In this document: positions 17,853 to 26,610 of the stretch, piece after piece
Numbering within the stretch: position 1 is the stretch's first letter
Layout of the letters: every line of letters begins with the position of its first letter
IMG/VR virus record: IMGVR_UViG_3300048762_000055
Span: 1 to 59,184 of that record
From: a virus
Lineage: Duplodnaviria > Caudoviricetes
Length of the DNA: 59,184 nt
Strand: one strand, 5' to 3'
The notes under the pieces: model-generated
Databases searched by the model: none
Seen by the model: only the letters and a program-made list of their open reading frames with translations
What the model was told of the DNA's origin: nothing
Position numbers and translations under genes: made by a program

Positions 17853-18155
17853 ATGTTGGAAACATTTGCCGTGAGTTTCCGCTTAGTCTTTACGGTCGAG
17901 GATCTGGTGCGCGAGATTCATTCGCTGAATCCTACCAGGGCTGGCCCGATTACCATCTTGCTGGCGTCATCCGATTTCGACAATGTGGCCGGCGAGGTGG
18001 CTAACCATTTTGGCATCCTCCCAGGCAACGGGGATAAGTTCACACTCGCCGGATTGACGATCGAGCGGAGGCAGGATGGAGAACGGGCAAGCGGTCGAAT
18101 TGGAGAAGGTGCGCGCGACCAAGGCGTACCGGCAGCGGAAAGCCCAGTTAGCTAA
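17853..18155 (+). CDS. Hypothetical protein
   Basis: ORF track; overlaps the terL start. Confidence 0.45.
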   Translation: MLETFAVSFRLVFTVEDLVREIHSLNPTRAGPITILLASSDFDNVAGEVANHFGILPGNGDKFTLAGLTIERRQDGERASGRIGEGARDQGVPAAESPVS

Positions 18156-21100
18156 TCGCGAGTGGCGTCTCGATAACCTTTATTTCATCCGCAGTGAGCA
18201 GGGCGAGCGCATTCCGTTCGTGCGCAATCCAGCGCAGCAGGCATTTTTCAATGATATGTGGCTGCGGAATATAATACCGAAAGCTCGAAAATTAGGAATG
18301 TCGACGTTCATAGAATTGCTGATGCTGGATGGCTGTATTTTCTCCAGTGGCAAGGTTTGCGGCATTGTTGATCGGTCACTGGATGATGCGGTCGACAAGC
18401 TTGGGATGATTGCGTTTGCCTATGACAATATGCCGGAGGAGATTCGCAAGGCTGTGCCGTTGGTGCGCCGCGCGGACAAATATCTGGAATGGGCGAACGG
18501 ATCGAATGTGAGCGTTGGCACGTCCTACCGCGGCGGCACGCCGGCGTTCCTGCATGTCTGTCTTACCGGCGACACCGAAATATATACGAAGAACGCGCAT
18601 CTTAAGCCGATTGAGGAGATCGAGCCCGGCGAACTTGTGCTGACGAGCAAAGGACGCTACCGGCCCGTAAAGGCAGTTATCAGAAATAGGCTTGCCGATC
18701 TTGGCGTTCGCCTTCTTGAAGTGTCTACCTTTGGCTGTCCGAACCCATTAAAAATCACTGAAAATCATATGATAATGGTGCGGAATGAGGACACCTATAA
18801 GCCAGAGTGGAGAGCGGCTGGCGAAGTAAAACGCGGCGATTACATAGCTTTTCCGTTGAATGAGCCATCCAATAATTTGCGCGATGGGACGATTCCTTTT
18901 GGTTCCATTCGCATCGTTCCAGATGATAATCTTGGTTGGCTGTGTGGATTTTATCTTGCCGAAGGCACTACACGAAAGCGCCATGGGAAGTACCTAACGG
19001 ATGTATCTTTTTCAATCGATAAAGACGAGGTGAGTGATACTCTAGCTGCCATTCATAGGCTCGGATTGAGCACCGCGCATCTAAAGCGTGGTGCCAAACA
19101 AATCAATGTTTATACGCACCCATATAGTCGGACGCGAGTGATCACCGTCAATTCCAAGGACTTTGCCGAATTTCTGTATGACAATTTTGGTGAGGGTGAT
19201 CGCAAGGCAATTCCCGACAAGATCATGAAATGGGGATCGGCCTTTATCCGTGGTCTAATCAAGGGATATTTTGACGGGGACGGTAGTTATAGCGACGATC
19301 ATGTGGTGAGTGCAGTTAGCACGCGGAAGCAGCTTATTTTCCAAATGCGTAGGCTGCTAATGTCGATGCGGTTCGGCGTTCCAGCAATTTACTTTGCGCC
19401 GGCTAGCAACCGATACGGCCGCAACTGCAAAGACGCGTGGACACTGAAACTTGGAGGGTCTGGAAACTGGAAATTCCGTAGACATTATGGTCTGCCGCTT
19501 CCTGTCCTCAATACAAAAAATGCACAGTTATCAGTTGCCAAAGGATGGCTCCCAACAGGACGAAAATTCTGGCGACGAGGCGCAGATCATTACTGGATGC
19601 GAATCACTGGCGTAAAGGAGATTGAGCCTGTCGAATTTGTCTATGATCTCGCCTTGGACGTCGAACCGCACGACTATGTGACTGTGAATGGCGTCGTTCA
19701 TAACAGCGAATACGGCAAGATCAGCGTCGACTCGCCTGATACAGCTACCGAAATCAAAACCGGTGCCATCACTGCGGTACCCATGACGGGACAGGTATTC
19801 GTCGAGAGCACTTGGCACGGTACTGGAGGCGAATTCTCCAAGATGACTATGGCTGCCAAGGCGCAGATGGATCGCCATGCACAGCTTACGCCGCTCGACT
19901 TCAAATTCCATTTCTACGGCTGGTGGCTGAAACCGGATTATCGGCTGGCTAATAACCTCGTGATTATCACGCAGGAACTCCGCGAGTATTTCAAGGATTT
20001 GGAGGCCAAGTTCGGCGTCAAGCTTGATGCCGACCAGATGGCTTGGTATCAGAATCGTTACACCGATCTCGGGCTCGACAAGACGCATGAGGAATTCCCC
20101 TCCTCATCCGAAGAGCTATTCCTGACGTCGAATGAAGGCGCGTTCTTCAAGCGGGAAATGTCGAAGGCTCGGCAGGATGGCCGCATTGGTGGTCTAGTGC
20201 CGTTTGACCCAACGCGGCGGGTCAATACGTTTTGGGATATTGGCGAGGATACAACGGCGATCTGGTGGCATCAGAGCGATGGGCTTCGGCATCGGGTAAT
20301 TGACTATTACGAGGAGGAGGGTTGGTCGCTGCAGGGTGCATGCGGGATGATCGACGATAAGCGCCGGACGCGGAAATTCGTCTATGACAAGCATTACGGC
20401 CCGCACGATATGGGCAATAAGGACTGGGGCAATTCGGCGCAGACCCGCAAACAAACGGCGAAGGGGCTCGGCGTTGAAATCACTGTGGTGCCACGGATCG
20501 ACAATAAGGACGATGCGATCGAGGCAGCGCGGCGAATGATCAACAATATGTGGTTTGATGCGGAGCATTGTTCGCTGGGTGTCGAGCGATTGGAGAACTA
20601 TCACAAGAAATGGAATAAGGCGCTTGGGGTCTATACGTCTGAGCCGGAACACGACGCCAACTCGCACTGTTTTGTAGGCGAAACTGAAATCTTGACCAGT
20701 AATGGCATTGAACGTATCAGTAACCTACCAGAAACAGGTGAGGTACTGACACAATGCGGTTTGAAGCCATATCGGAATCCTCGGATCACTCAGAAAAATG
20801 CCCAACTTGTCGAGGTCACGTTCTCCGACGGCCTTATGGTGAAATGTACGCCGGAGCATTTATTTCTGACGGCCGAAGGGTGGAAATCTGCCAGCAGCCT
20901 ATCGAGGGGTTCTTTGATCCAATCAACGTTGACCCAATTACCCAATATTTCGATGGCGGCCTATATAAAATGTGGCCCAGCGAACGCTATTTATCCCGCG
21001 CCGGACGACGATTACATATCGATGTTTGGACCGTTGCATTTGGGAAGATACCAAAAGGCTGCCACATCCATCACAAAGACGATGATCGGTTTAATAACCG

Positions 21101-21612
21101 ACTCTCAAATTTGGAATGTCTCCCAGCGTCTGAGCATCTATCTCTCACCTGGCATCAGCGAGCGGCTAAAGGATTCATTAGTAAATTTACTCCAAATGCC
21201 CGCATTCGCGCTGCCGAGTGGCATAAATCTGAAGCAGGGAGACTTTGGCATAGTCGGAATGCCAGACGCTCAAAGTCATGGGAAAAATGGAAACGAGAAG
21301 CTTATGCCTGCGATATTTGCGGGACAATCTTTAATCGCGTGGTTCGCAAAGGAGGCAACCCAGGTCGGTTTTGTTCCCACACCTGCCGGCACACTTTCTA
21401 TCGAAGGCGTAAGAAGCTTGCCGAACAAGCAGGATGTTTGGTGTCTGACGGTTCCTGAAGGTGAGCAATTTTCATTGGCAAATGGCGCGATCGTTCACAA
21501 TTGCGCCGACGCCCTCCAAACTGGCGCGTGCGGTCTGGTTCCTGACAAGGTAAAATCCGAATCGCGGTCGCGGATTGGCGAGCCGCCGAGGACTACGCAA
21601 TGGGCGTCGTAA
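18076..21612 (+). CDS. terL: Terminase large subunit with two inteins (about 518 aa spliced)
   Basis: KARKLGMST Walker A, FLHV/SE Walker B, VESTW coupling motif, FWDIG, HDANSH/CADA nuclease motifs. Confidence 0.95.
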   Translation: MENGQAVELEKVRATKAYRQRKAQLANREWRLDNLYFIRSEQGERIPFVRNPAQQAFFNDMWLRNIIPKARKLGMSTFIELLMLDGCIFSSGKVCGIVDRSLDDAVDKLGMIAFAYDNMPEEIRKAVPLVRRADKYLEWANGSNVSVGTSYRGGTPAFLHVCLTGDTEIYTKNAHLKPIEEIEPGELVLTSKGRYRPVKAVIRNRLADLGVRLLEVSTFGCPNPLKITENHMIMVRNEDTYKPEWRAAGEVKRGDYIAFPLNEPSNNLRDGTIPFGSIRIVPDDNLGWLCGFYLAEGTTRKRHGKYLTDVSFSIDKDEVSDTLAAIHRLGLSTAHLKRGAKQINVYTHPYSRTRVITVNSKDFAEFLYDNFGEGDRKAIPDKIMKWGSAFIRGLIKGYFDGDGSYSDDHVVSAVSTRKQLIFQMRRLLMSMRFGVPAIYFAPASNRYGRNCKDAWTLKLGGSGNWKFRRHYGLPLPVLNTKNAQLSVAKGWLPTGRKFWRRGADHYWMRITGVKEIEPVEFVYDLALDVEPHDYVTVNGVVHNSEYGKISVDSPDTATEIKTGAITAVPMTGQVFVESTWHGTGGEFSKMTMAAKAQMDRHAQLTPLDFKFHFYGWWLKPDYRLANNLVIITQELREYFKDLEAKFGVKLDADQMAWYQNRYTDLGLDKTHEEFPSSSEELFLTSNEGAFFKREMSKARQDGRIGGLVPFDPTRRVNTFWDIGEDTTAIWWHQSDGLRHRVIDYYEEEGWSLQGACGMIDDKRRTRKFVYDKHYGPHDMGNKDWGNSAQTRKQTAKGLGVEITVVPRIDNKDDAIEAARRMINNMWFDAEHCSLGVERLENYHKKWNKALGVYTSEPEHDANSHCFVGETEILTSNGIERISNLPETGEVLTQCGLKPYRNPRITQKNAQLVEVTFSDGLMVKCTPEHLFLTAEGWKSASSLSRGSLIQSTLTQLPNISMAAYIKCGPANAIYPAPDDDYISMFGPLHLGRYQKAATSITKTMIGLITDSQIWNVSQRLSIYLSPGISERLKDSLVNLLQMPAFALPSGINLKQGDFGIVGMPDAQSHGKNGNEKLMPAIFAGQSLIAWFAKEATQVGFVPTPAGTLSIEGVRSLPNKQDVWCLTVPEGEQFSLANGAIVHNCADALQTGACGLVPDKVKSESRSRIGEPPRTTQWAS
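18559..19704 (+). mobile_element. TerL intein 1 (382 aa) with in-frame LAGLIDADG endonuclease, in Walker B
   Basis: V|CLTGDT...ITENH...VVHN|S; GFYLAEG and GYFDGDGS. Confidence 0.95.
20668..21501 (+). mobile_element. TerL intein 2 (278 aa) in the nuclease motif, with no in-frame endonuclease
   Basis: H|CFVGET...CTPEH...DVWCLTV...IVHN|C. Confidence 0.93.
20754..21458 (+). CDS. HNH endonuclease with C-terminal Zn finger, nested in the -1 frame inside TerL intein 2
   Basis: LHIDVW...IPKGCHIHHKDDDRFNNRLSNLECL; CDIC...FCSHTC; GAGGT 9 nt before ATG. Confidence 0.85.
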   Translation: MRFEAISESSDHSEKCPTCRGHVLRRPYGEMYAGAFISDGRRVEICQQPIEGFFDPINVDPITQYFDGGLYKMWPSERYLSRAGRRLHIDVWTVAFGKIPKGCHIHHKDDDRFNNRLSNLECLPASEHLSLTWHQRAAKGFISKFTPNARIRAAEWHKSEAGRLWHSRNARRSKSWEKWKREAYACDICGTIFNRVVRKGGNPGRFCSHTCRHTFYRRRKKLAEQAGCLVSDGS

Positions 21613-21673
21613 GCTCGCGCATTGCCAATGACCTAGTTTCGCGGATATACGTGAGCATGATCGAGGTAGCCCA

Positions 21674-21922
21674 ATGGGCGTGAAAGCTTTACGCGAGGCA
21701 TTCGATGCGGCGGCCGATGGTCGCCTATCCTGTCAAAAGGCACTGCTCGATTACATCCGCCAAGATGGTGCCGAATGGCAAAAGCTGAGTTTTTCTGGTA
21801 CCGATTCCACCGGGGCGGCATTCTCGACCGAGTCCGATCTATTGCCGCCGAGAACTGATTTGACTGAGGCCGCGCGCGCGACTGCGACGGCGTTCCTCGC
21901 CAAGGAGAAACCTGCCCCATGA
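21674..21922 (+). CDS. Hypothetical protein
   Basis: GAGG SD; between terL and portal. Confidence 0.65.
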   Translation: MGVKALREAFDAAADGRLSCQKALLDYIRQDGAEWQKLSFSGTDSTGAAFSTESDLLPPRTDLTEAARATATAFLAKEKPAP

Positions 21923-22332
21923 AACTCTCCCGCTTTCTCGCCGTTTGCGCTGTGGCGCTTGCGGCCTGGTTAGGCACCGCGATGGCTCCAGCATCGGCGC
22001 AGGTGGGCTGCAATCAATCGATTTTCTATGACGCATCGACGAATGGTGCCACGAGACTTGTCACCGGCGCTGCGAAAACTCGCATTTTCATCTGCGGCTA
22101 TAATCTATGGGCGGCAGGCACTGCCACCGTCAAATTCGAGACTGGCACCGGGACGGCCTGCGCCACAAATGAAACGGCGATCACGCCAGCCTTTTCGTTG
22201 ACGACGCAGACCGGCGTTCCGGACGATTCCCCATTCTGGCGTGGTCTTACGGTGCAGCCTGGTTTGGATTTCTGCATCAAGACCAGCGCGGGTGTTGCCG
22301 TGCAGGCAATCGTTTATTTCTCTCAGCAGTAA
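21919..22332 (+). CDS. Beta-rich protein with Sec-type signal peptide (possible virion accessory)
   Basis: MKLSRFLAVCAVALAAWLGTAMAPASA|Q; four Cys in the mature part. Confidence 0.7.
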   Translation: MKLSRFLAVCAVALAAWLGTAMAPASAQVGCNQSIFYDASTNGATRLVTGAAKTRIFICGYNLWAAGTATVKFETGTGTACATNETAITPAFSLTTQTGVPDDSPFWRGLTVQPGLDFCIKTSAGVAVQAIVYFSQQ

Positions 22333-22340
22333 GGAACGCC

Positions 22341-22898
22341 ATGGGCCATCTCCAATCGACAATGCGCCGGATCGAGGACGAAGAGGCATCGGCTGCTGTG
22401 CCTGTTGCCGACCTATCTGAGTCAGAGGCAATTCATCCGCTTGATATGATTCTTTCGCCAAAGGAAGAAACATTCGACGTTCCTGCGGTCGGCACGTCCG
22501 TTCAATTCCGTCTGCGCGGCAATGAATGGCGCAACGGGCAGGATACCTTCGCCGCGCTCGTGACCAAGGCCAATCCTGCCGATGGCACTGTGAGCGTGGT
22601 GGTGGTATTAGGCGCCGATGATTTCATGGAGCAACAGAACGTCCCAAAATTCGTCGGTGAAGGTGATTGGGGATGGTCATTGCTCGACGGCTCGGCTGGC
22701 TCTGCCGTCGCGCAACTGCGGGCTGAGTTGAAGGCCTTCAAGGCCGAGCTTGCTGGCGTAATCTTCGGGGAATGGCCGATAGGCAAGGAGTCGATCTACG
22801 ACGTGCTGCAAGAGCATGATAACAGGATTGCTCTGCTGGCCGGCGGAGATACCACGGATGCCGTATCTCCTCGGCGCCGCCGTAAAATGAGAGGCTGA
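22341..22898 (+). CDS. Hypothetical protein
   Basis: AAGGA SD; operon packing. Confidence 0.7.
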   Translation: MGHLQSTMRRIEDEEASAAVPVADLSESEAIHPLDMILSPKEETFDVPAVGTSVQFRLRGNEWRNGQDTFAALVTKANPADGTVSVVVVLGADDFMEQQNVPKFVGEGDWGWSLLDGSAGSAVAQLRAELKAFKAELAGVIFGEWPIGKESIYDVLQEHDNRIALLAGGDTTDAVSPRRRRKMRG

Positions 22899-22903
22899 CC
22901 GCC

Positions 22904-25900
22904 GTGGCTGACGGTGATCTTCAAACCCTCGATCGACCGCCTGCAGACGATGGTATGACAATCGACGGGAATGCTGGCCTGCCGGCGGATGCGCCAGCGG
23001 CTGCGGTATTGTCGATAAGTTCGCTTTCGCCCGGCAAGCAATTCGATGTCCTGAAACAGCTTCATCTTTCCGACGCCGACCACACGAAAGAGTGGCGGGC
23101 AATGGCCGAGGAATGGTTTGCATTCCGCGCCGGCGAGCAATGGACCGCCGAGGACCGGGCCCTGCTCAATAGCCAACAGCGCCCCCATATCGTTTTTAAC
23201 CGTGTGCTGACCATCCTCAAAGCCGTGGCTGGCATGGAAATCAATGGCCGGCACGAGATTACATTCATTCCCCGCGGCACGCAGGATACGGCGGTTAACG
23301 AGATACTCTCGGCTGCGTCGAAATGGATGGCGGATGAGTGCGACGGCGAGGACGAGGAAAGTCAGGCGTTCGACGACACATGCACGGTGGGAATGGGATG
23401 GTGCCTATCCGATGATACGCTGGTGAGATTGCCTGAAACGCACTTTGCGACAACTCGGCTTTATTCAGGGAATGTCATTGAGATCAGCCTTGAAAATGGC
23501 AAGCGTCTGACCGGAACCCCCAATCACCCTGTACTCACGGATATGGGGTGGAAGCGACTGCATGAGATTTGCAACGGCGATAACCTGGTCAACGGCGATT
23601 TTCTTAAGATCATCCCCGGGCTGGCCATGCATAAGTTCGATGATGTTGAAACCCGCCTTCAGGATAGAATAAATGCGTTCGGCACAGGCCGCGAAACTTT
23701 GCGCTTTGCTACGCAGACTTCCGATTTCTATGGCGATGGAGCCGGAAGCAAAGTCCACGTTGTATATGCCGACAGCCTTTTGAGCGATAAGTTCAGGAAA
23801 TCCAAGATCTGCAAACCATTGCTGGAAAATTATTTCATTGGGTGGAATCTTCTTTCGGCGTGGCGCTCCTTTTTCTCTGGCAATGGCTTGGGTAAGCAGG
23901 CGATTCATGCCTCCAAACGTCTTGGATCGTTCCTCGGCAGACATTTTCCATGTCCGAATATGCCTAGCGACCTCATTCCCGCGCAAGTCTCTCCCGGCTT
24001 GGCGAATTCGCCTCGCTACGGTTTCCGGGCTGATTCCGATAAGGCCACCGATTTCGACAGTAGAAAGCCGTTCGTCAAAATACATGGAAATGAGTTTTTC
24101 GGTGGGCGTTGTGACGCAATGGCCTCCGGCGTGGCCGCGCAGAACATGGCCAGCGCGTTTCAACCTACTGGAAACGCTCATCAGGCTTATTCCAACTTTA
24201 TCCCCAATTTTTGCGAGTGGAAGCATCTCCTCGAAATAGAGGCGCGCAAGTTCGGCAGTAGAAACCTTGCAGCGTCGAAATTCATAACGCGGGTTACGAG
24301 CCGGGTCATCCGTCCAGTTGAGGATTTTGCTGTCCATGACGTAGGAACCTCCATTGGGTTTTTCCTTGCTGGAGATATTATTACATCGAACACGGAAAGT
24401 CGAATGTCTTACGAAGATGATCCTGCTGGCCTTTATGTGGAAGATTGCATCGACCCGCGCGAGATGTACTGGGACCGCACGGCTACGAAAAAGAACCTCT
24501 CGAATGCGCGCCGTCTTTCCCGTGTACGCCGTATGCCGCTTGGCGATGCGCTGTCGCTGTTTCCAGGCAAGACCGTGGAGCAATTGGACGCCACATGGGC
24601 CGATGCTGGCCCGATGGATTATCCAAAACGCACCATCGAGGAAAAGCGCAAGCGGGATGCCGATAATTCCTCAATGCAGGAATACGACGATAATTGCGAA
24701 GTCACGCTGGTGCAGATTCAGTGGTTCGAACGTGAGGAATACTGGATTGTCGCCAACACGCAGACCAATACCAAGACCGAATTGAGCGATGCGGAATATC
24801 GGCGATTCGGTAGCCGCATGAAGATGCTCGGTATGCCGGTACATGCGGCAAAGCTTACTCGCAAGGTTTACAAGCAGGCATGGATGGGCGGCGAATTGCT
24901 GCAGAAAGCCGGGCCCGCACCGATCAAAGGCAAGTTCTCTTGGGACTGCATTACTGGCGAATTCGATAAGTCGAAAAAGTCGTGGTTTGGCCTCGTGAAG
25001 GTCATGCGCGACCCGCAGATGTGGGCGAACAAGTGGCTTTCGCAGATCCTGCACATTCTCAACACGACGGCGAAGGGCGGCATTCTGGCCGAGACGTCAG
25101 CATTCGACGATCAGCGCGAGGCCGAGGAAGGCTATGCGCGACCCGATACGATCACCTGGCTGGCTGACGGCTCGCTGTCGGGCGATAAGCCCAAGATCAT
25201 GCCCAAGCCCGGCGCTGGCATGACAGATGGCTATCTCGGGCTCATGACGTTCGCCATCTCGTCGATCAAGGACGTGACCGGCATCAACCTCGAGCTACTC
25301 GGCCAGCAGGATCAAAACCAGCCCGGCATTATCGAGGCCATGCGCAAGCAGGCCGGTATGACGGTGCTGGCGACATTGTTCGATTCGCTCAGGCGGTTCC
25401 GCAAGAACGTGGGGCGCTCGCGGCTGTATTTCATTCAGAATTTCTTGTCGGACGGTCGGCTGATCCGTGTGGCGCAGCCTGATAACGTGCAGGCGATTGC
25501 GCTGGCCAAGGAAAGCACCACCGGCAAATACAGCGTGATTGTGGACGATACGCCGACGTCGCCAAATCAGAAGGAAGCGAATTGGGCGATCATCCAGCCG
25601 TTGCTCGGGGTGTTTAAAGAGCAGCTTATGTCCAATCCGCAGGTGTTCGGGATGCTGCTCGAATACTCGCCGTTGCCTAATCGCATCGTGGAGGCCATCA
25701 AGGGATTCATCGCCAAGCAGCAGAATGATCCGCAGGCGCAACAGGATCAACAGATTGCGAAACATTTGGCGATCACCAAGGAGGTCGCGCAAATCTCCGC
25801 ACTGCAGGCCACCGCTGAAATGAATAACAAAAAGGCCGGGGCTACCGAGGCGACGGCTATGTACGATATTGCCATGGCCCGCAAGATGCTGGCCGATAAC

Positions 25901-26266
25901 GATACGACCGGCCTAGATGCTCACCTGAAGGCCATGGAGGGCGCTGCCAAAGTCCAGACGGCTGCGGCCACTGCGGATAAGACTACTGCACAGGCTGCCC
26001 GTGAGCGTGCTGGGGTCGTGAATGACCGGCTAGAGACGCACGCCAAGGTCATAGGGGCTGTTTCTGACGCTCATCGGGCGACTACCGATGGCCAAGCGTC
26101 GCATGTGGGGGCTCTCATCGATCATATTGGCGCTATCGGTGGGCTGCATCGCGATCTTGCTGCGGCGCACAAGGATCATGTGAATGCGACGCGCACGGAG
26201 GCAACCCCCATTCCAGTTCCGCAACCGCAACAGCCTCAACCGTCGGCATCGCCTGGTGGGCCGTGA
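22904..26266 (+). CDS. P22-like portal protein with intein (about 790 aa spliced)
   Basis: F..GEQW, RPHIVFNRV, GMGW, FGLVKVMRDPQMWANK, VTGINLELLG. Confidence 0.9.
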   Translation: MADGDLQTLDRPPADDGMTIDGNAGLPADAPAAAVLSISSLSPGKQFDVLKQLHLSDADHTKEWRAMAEEWFAFRAGEQWTAEDRALLNSQQRPHIVFNRVLTILKAVAGMEINGRHEITFIPRGTQDTAVNEILSAASKWMADECDGEDEESQAFDDTCTVGMGWCLSDDTLVRLPETHFATTRLYSGNVIEISLENGKRLTGTPNHPVLTDMGWKRLHEICNGDNLVNGDFLKIIPGLAMHKFDDVETRLQDRINAFGTGRETLRFATQTSDFYGDGAGSKVHVVYADSLLSDKFRKSKICKPLLENYFIGWNLLSAWRSFFSGNGLGKQAIHASKRLGSFLGRHFPCPNMPSDLIPAQVSPGLANSPRYGFRADSDKATDFDSRKPFVKIHGNEFFGGRCDAMASGVAAQNMASAFQPTGNAHQAYSNFIPNFCEWKHLLEIEARKFGSRNLAASKFITRVTSRVIRPVEDFAVHDVGTSIGFFLAGDIITSNTESRMSYEDDPAGLYVEDCIDPREMYWDRTATKKNLSNARRLSRVRRMPLGDALSLFPGKTVEQLDATWADAGPMDYPKRTIEEKRKRDADNSSMQEYDDNCEVTLVQIQWFEREEYWIVANTQTNTKTELSDAEYRRFGSRMKMLGMPVHAAKLTRKVYKQAWMGGELLQKAGPAPIKGKFSWDCITGEFDKSKKSWFGLVKVMRDPQMWANKWLSQILHILNTTAKGGILAETSAFDDQREAEEGYARPDTITWLADGSLSGDKPKIMPKPGAGMTDGYLGLMTFAISSIKDVTGINLELLGQQDQNQPGIIEAMRKQAGMTVLATLFDSLRRFRKNVGRSRLYFIQNFLSDGRLIRVAQPDNVQAIALAKESTTGKYSVIVDDTPTSPNQKEANWAIIQPLLGVFKEQLMSNPQVFGMLLEYSPLPNRIVEAIKGFIAKQQNDPQAQQDQQIAKHLAITKEVAQISALQATAEMNNKKAGATEATAMYDIAMARKMLADNDTTGLDAHLKAMEGAAKVQTAAATADKTTAQAARERAGVVNDRLETHAKVIGAVSDAHRATTDGQASHVGALIDHIGAIGGLHRDLAAAHKDHVNATRTEATPIPVPQPQQPQPSASPGGP
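23402..24391 (+). mobile_element. Portal intein (330 aa), ends TSN|T, with no in-frame endonuclease
   Basis: W|CLSDDT...LTGTPNHPVLT..GW...VHDVGT...ITSN|T. Confidence 0.88.
23465..24337 (-). CDS. Antisense gene inside the portal intein: two HTH repeats plus Vsr/DUF559-like endonuclease
   Basis: LARLYFEEMLPLAKIGDKVGIS and LISMYFDERLSTVEIGGLIGIS HTHs; NE..F...QKAVGIYNVDFA...IAIEI; GGAGG 10 nt before ATG. Confidence 0.8.
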   Translation of the reverse strand: MDSKILNWTDDPARNPRYEFRRCKVSTAELARLYFEEMLPLAKIGDKVGISLMSVSSRLKRAGHVLRGHAGGHCVTTPTEKLISMYFDERLSTVEIGGLIGISPETVARRIRQAGRDLRGNEVARHIRTWKMSAEERSKTFGGMNRLLTQAIAREKGAPRRKKIPPNEIIFQQWFADLGFPELIAQKAVGIYNVDFASGSIAIEIGSLRSKAQSFAACAERIYSILKAGFNIIELMHGQPGDDLKKIAVDQVIAVANLMQSLPPHIREYRVIGGSGQTLAIFKADLNDIP

Positions 26267-26610
26267 TCAGGGCTCGGGTCCAGTTGATGCGTATGCTGCA
26301 GGGAATGTTCGAGACGCACCTGCGCGGGCTTTATCGGTGGGGAGAGGTTGCCTTTCACGTCGCTGAAGCTGCGGATAAGCCCGAGGGCAAGCGCAAACAG
26401 GCTTACGGAAAGTTCAAAGAAATAGTAGCAATTCGGTTCGGTGACTATGATCTGACGGTCGAGTCTCCGAATGAAAGGCCCCCGCTCGGGCATATCGTCC
26501 TGACCGGCCCAAGTGGCACAATAGAGATTGATTCGCTGGATGCGTCGGCTCTCGATCAAATAGGGCGTCGCATCCGTTCACAAACTGAGGAGGTTGTTTC
26601 CTATGGCTGA
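26263..26610 (+). CDS. Hypothetical protein
   Basis: GTGA overlap with the portal stop. Confidence 0.6.
   Translation: MIRARVQLMRMLQGMFETHLRGLYRWGEVAFHVAEAADKPEGKRKQAYGKFKEIVAIRFGDYDLTVESPNERPPLGHIVLTGPSGTIEIDSLDASALDQIGRRIRSQTEEVVSYG

Noticed and set aside
24338-24583. N-terminal extension of the antisense ORF (ORF-track start 24583)
   Set aside because: Extends outside the intein, has no domain features, and the SD supports ATG 24337
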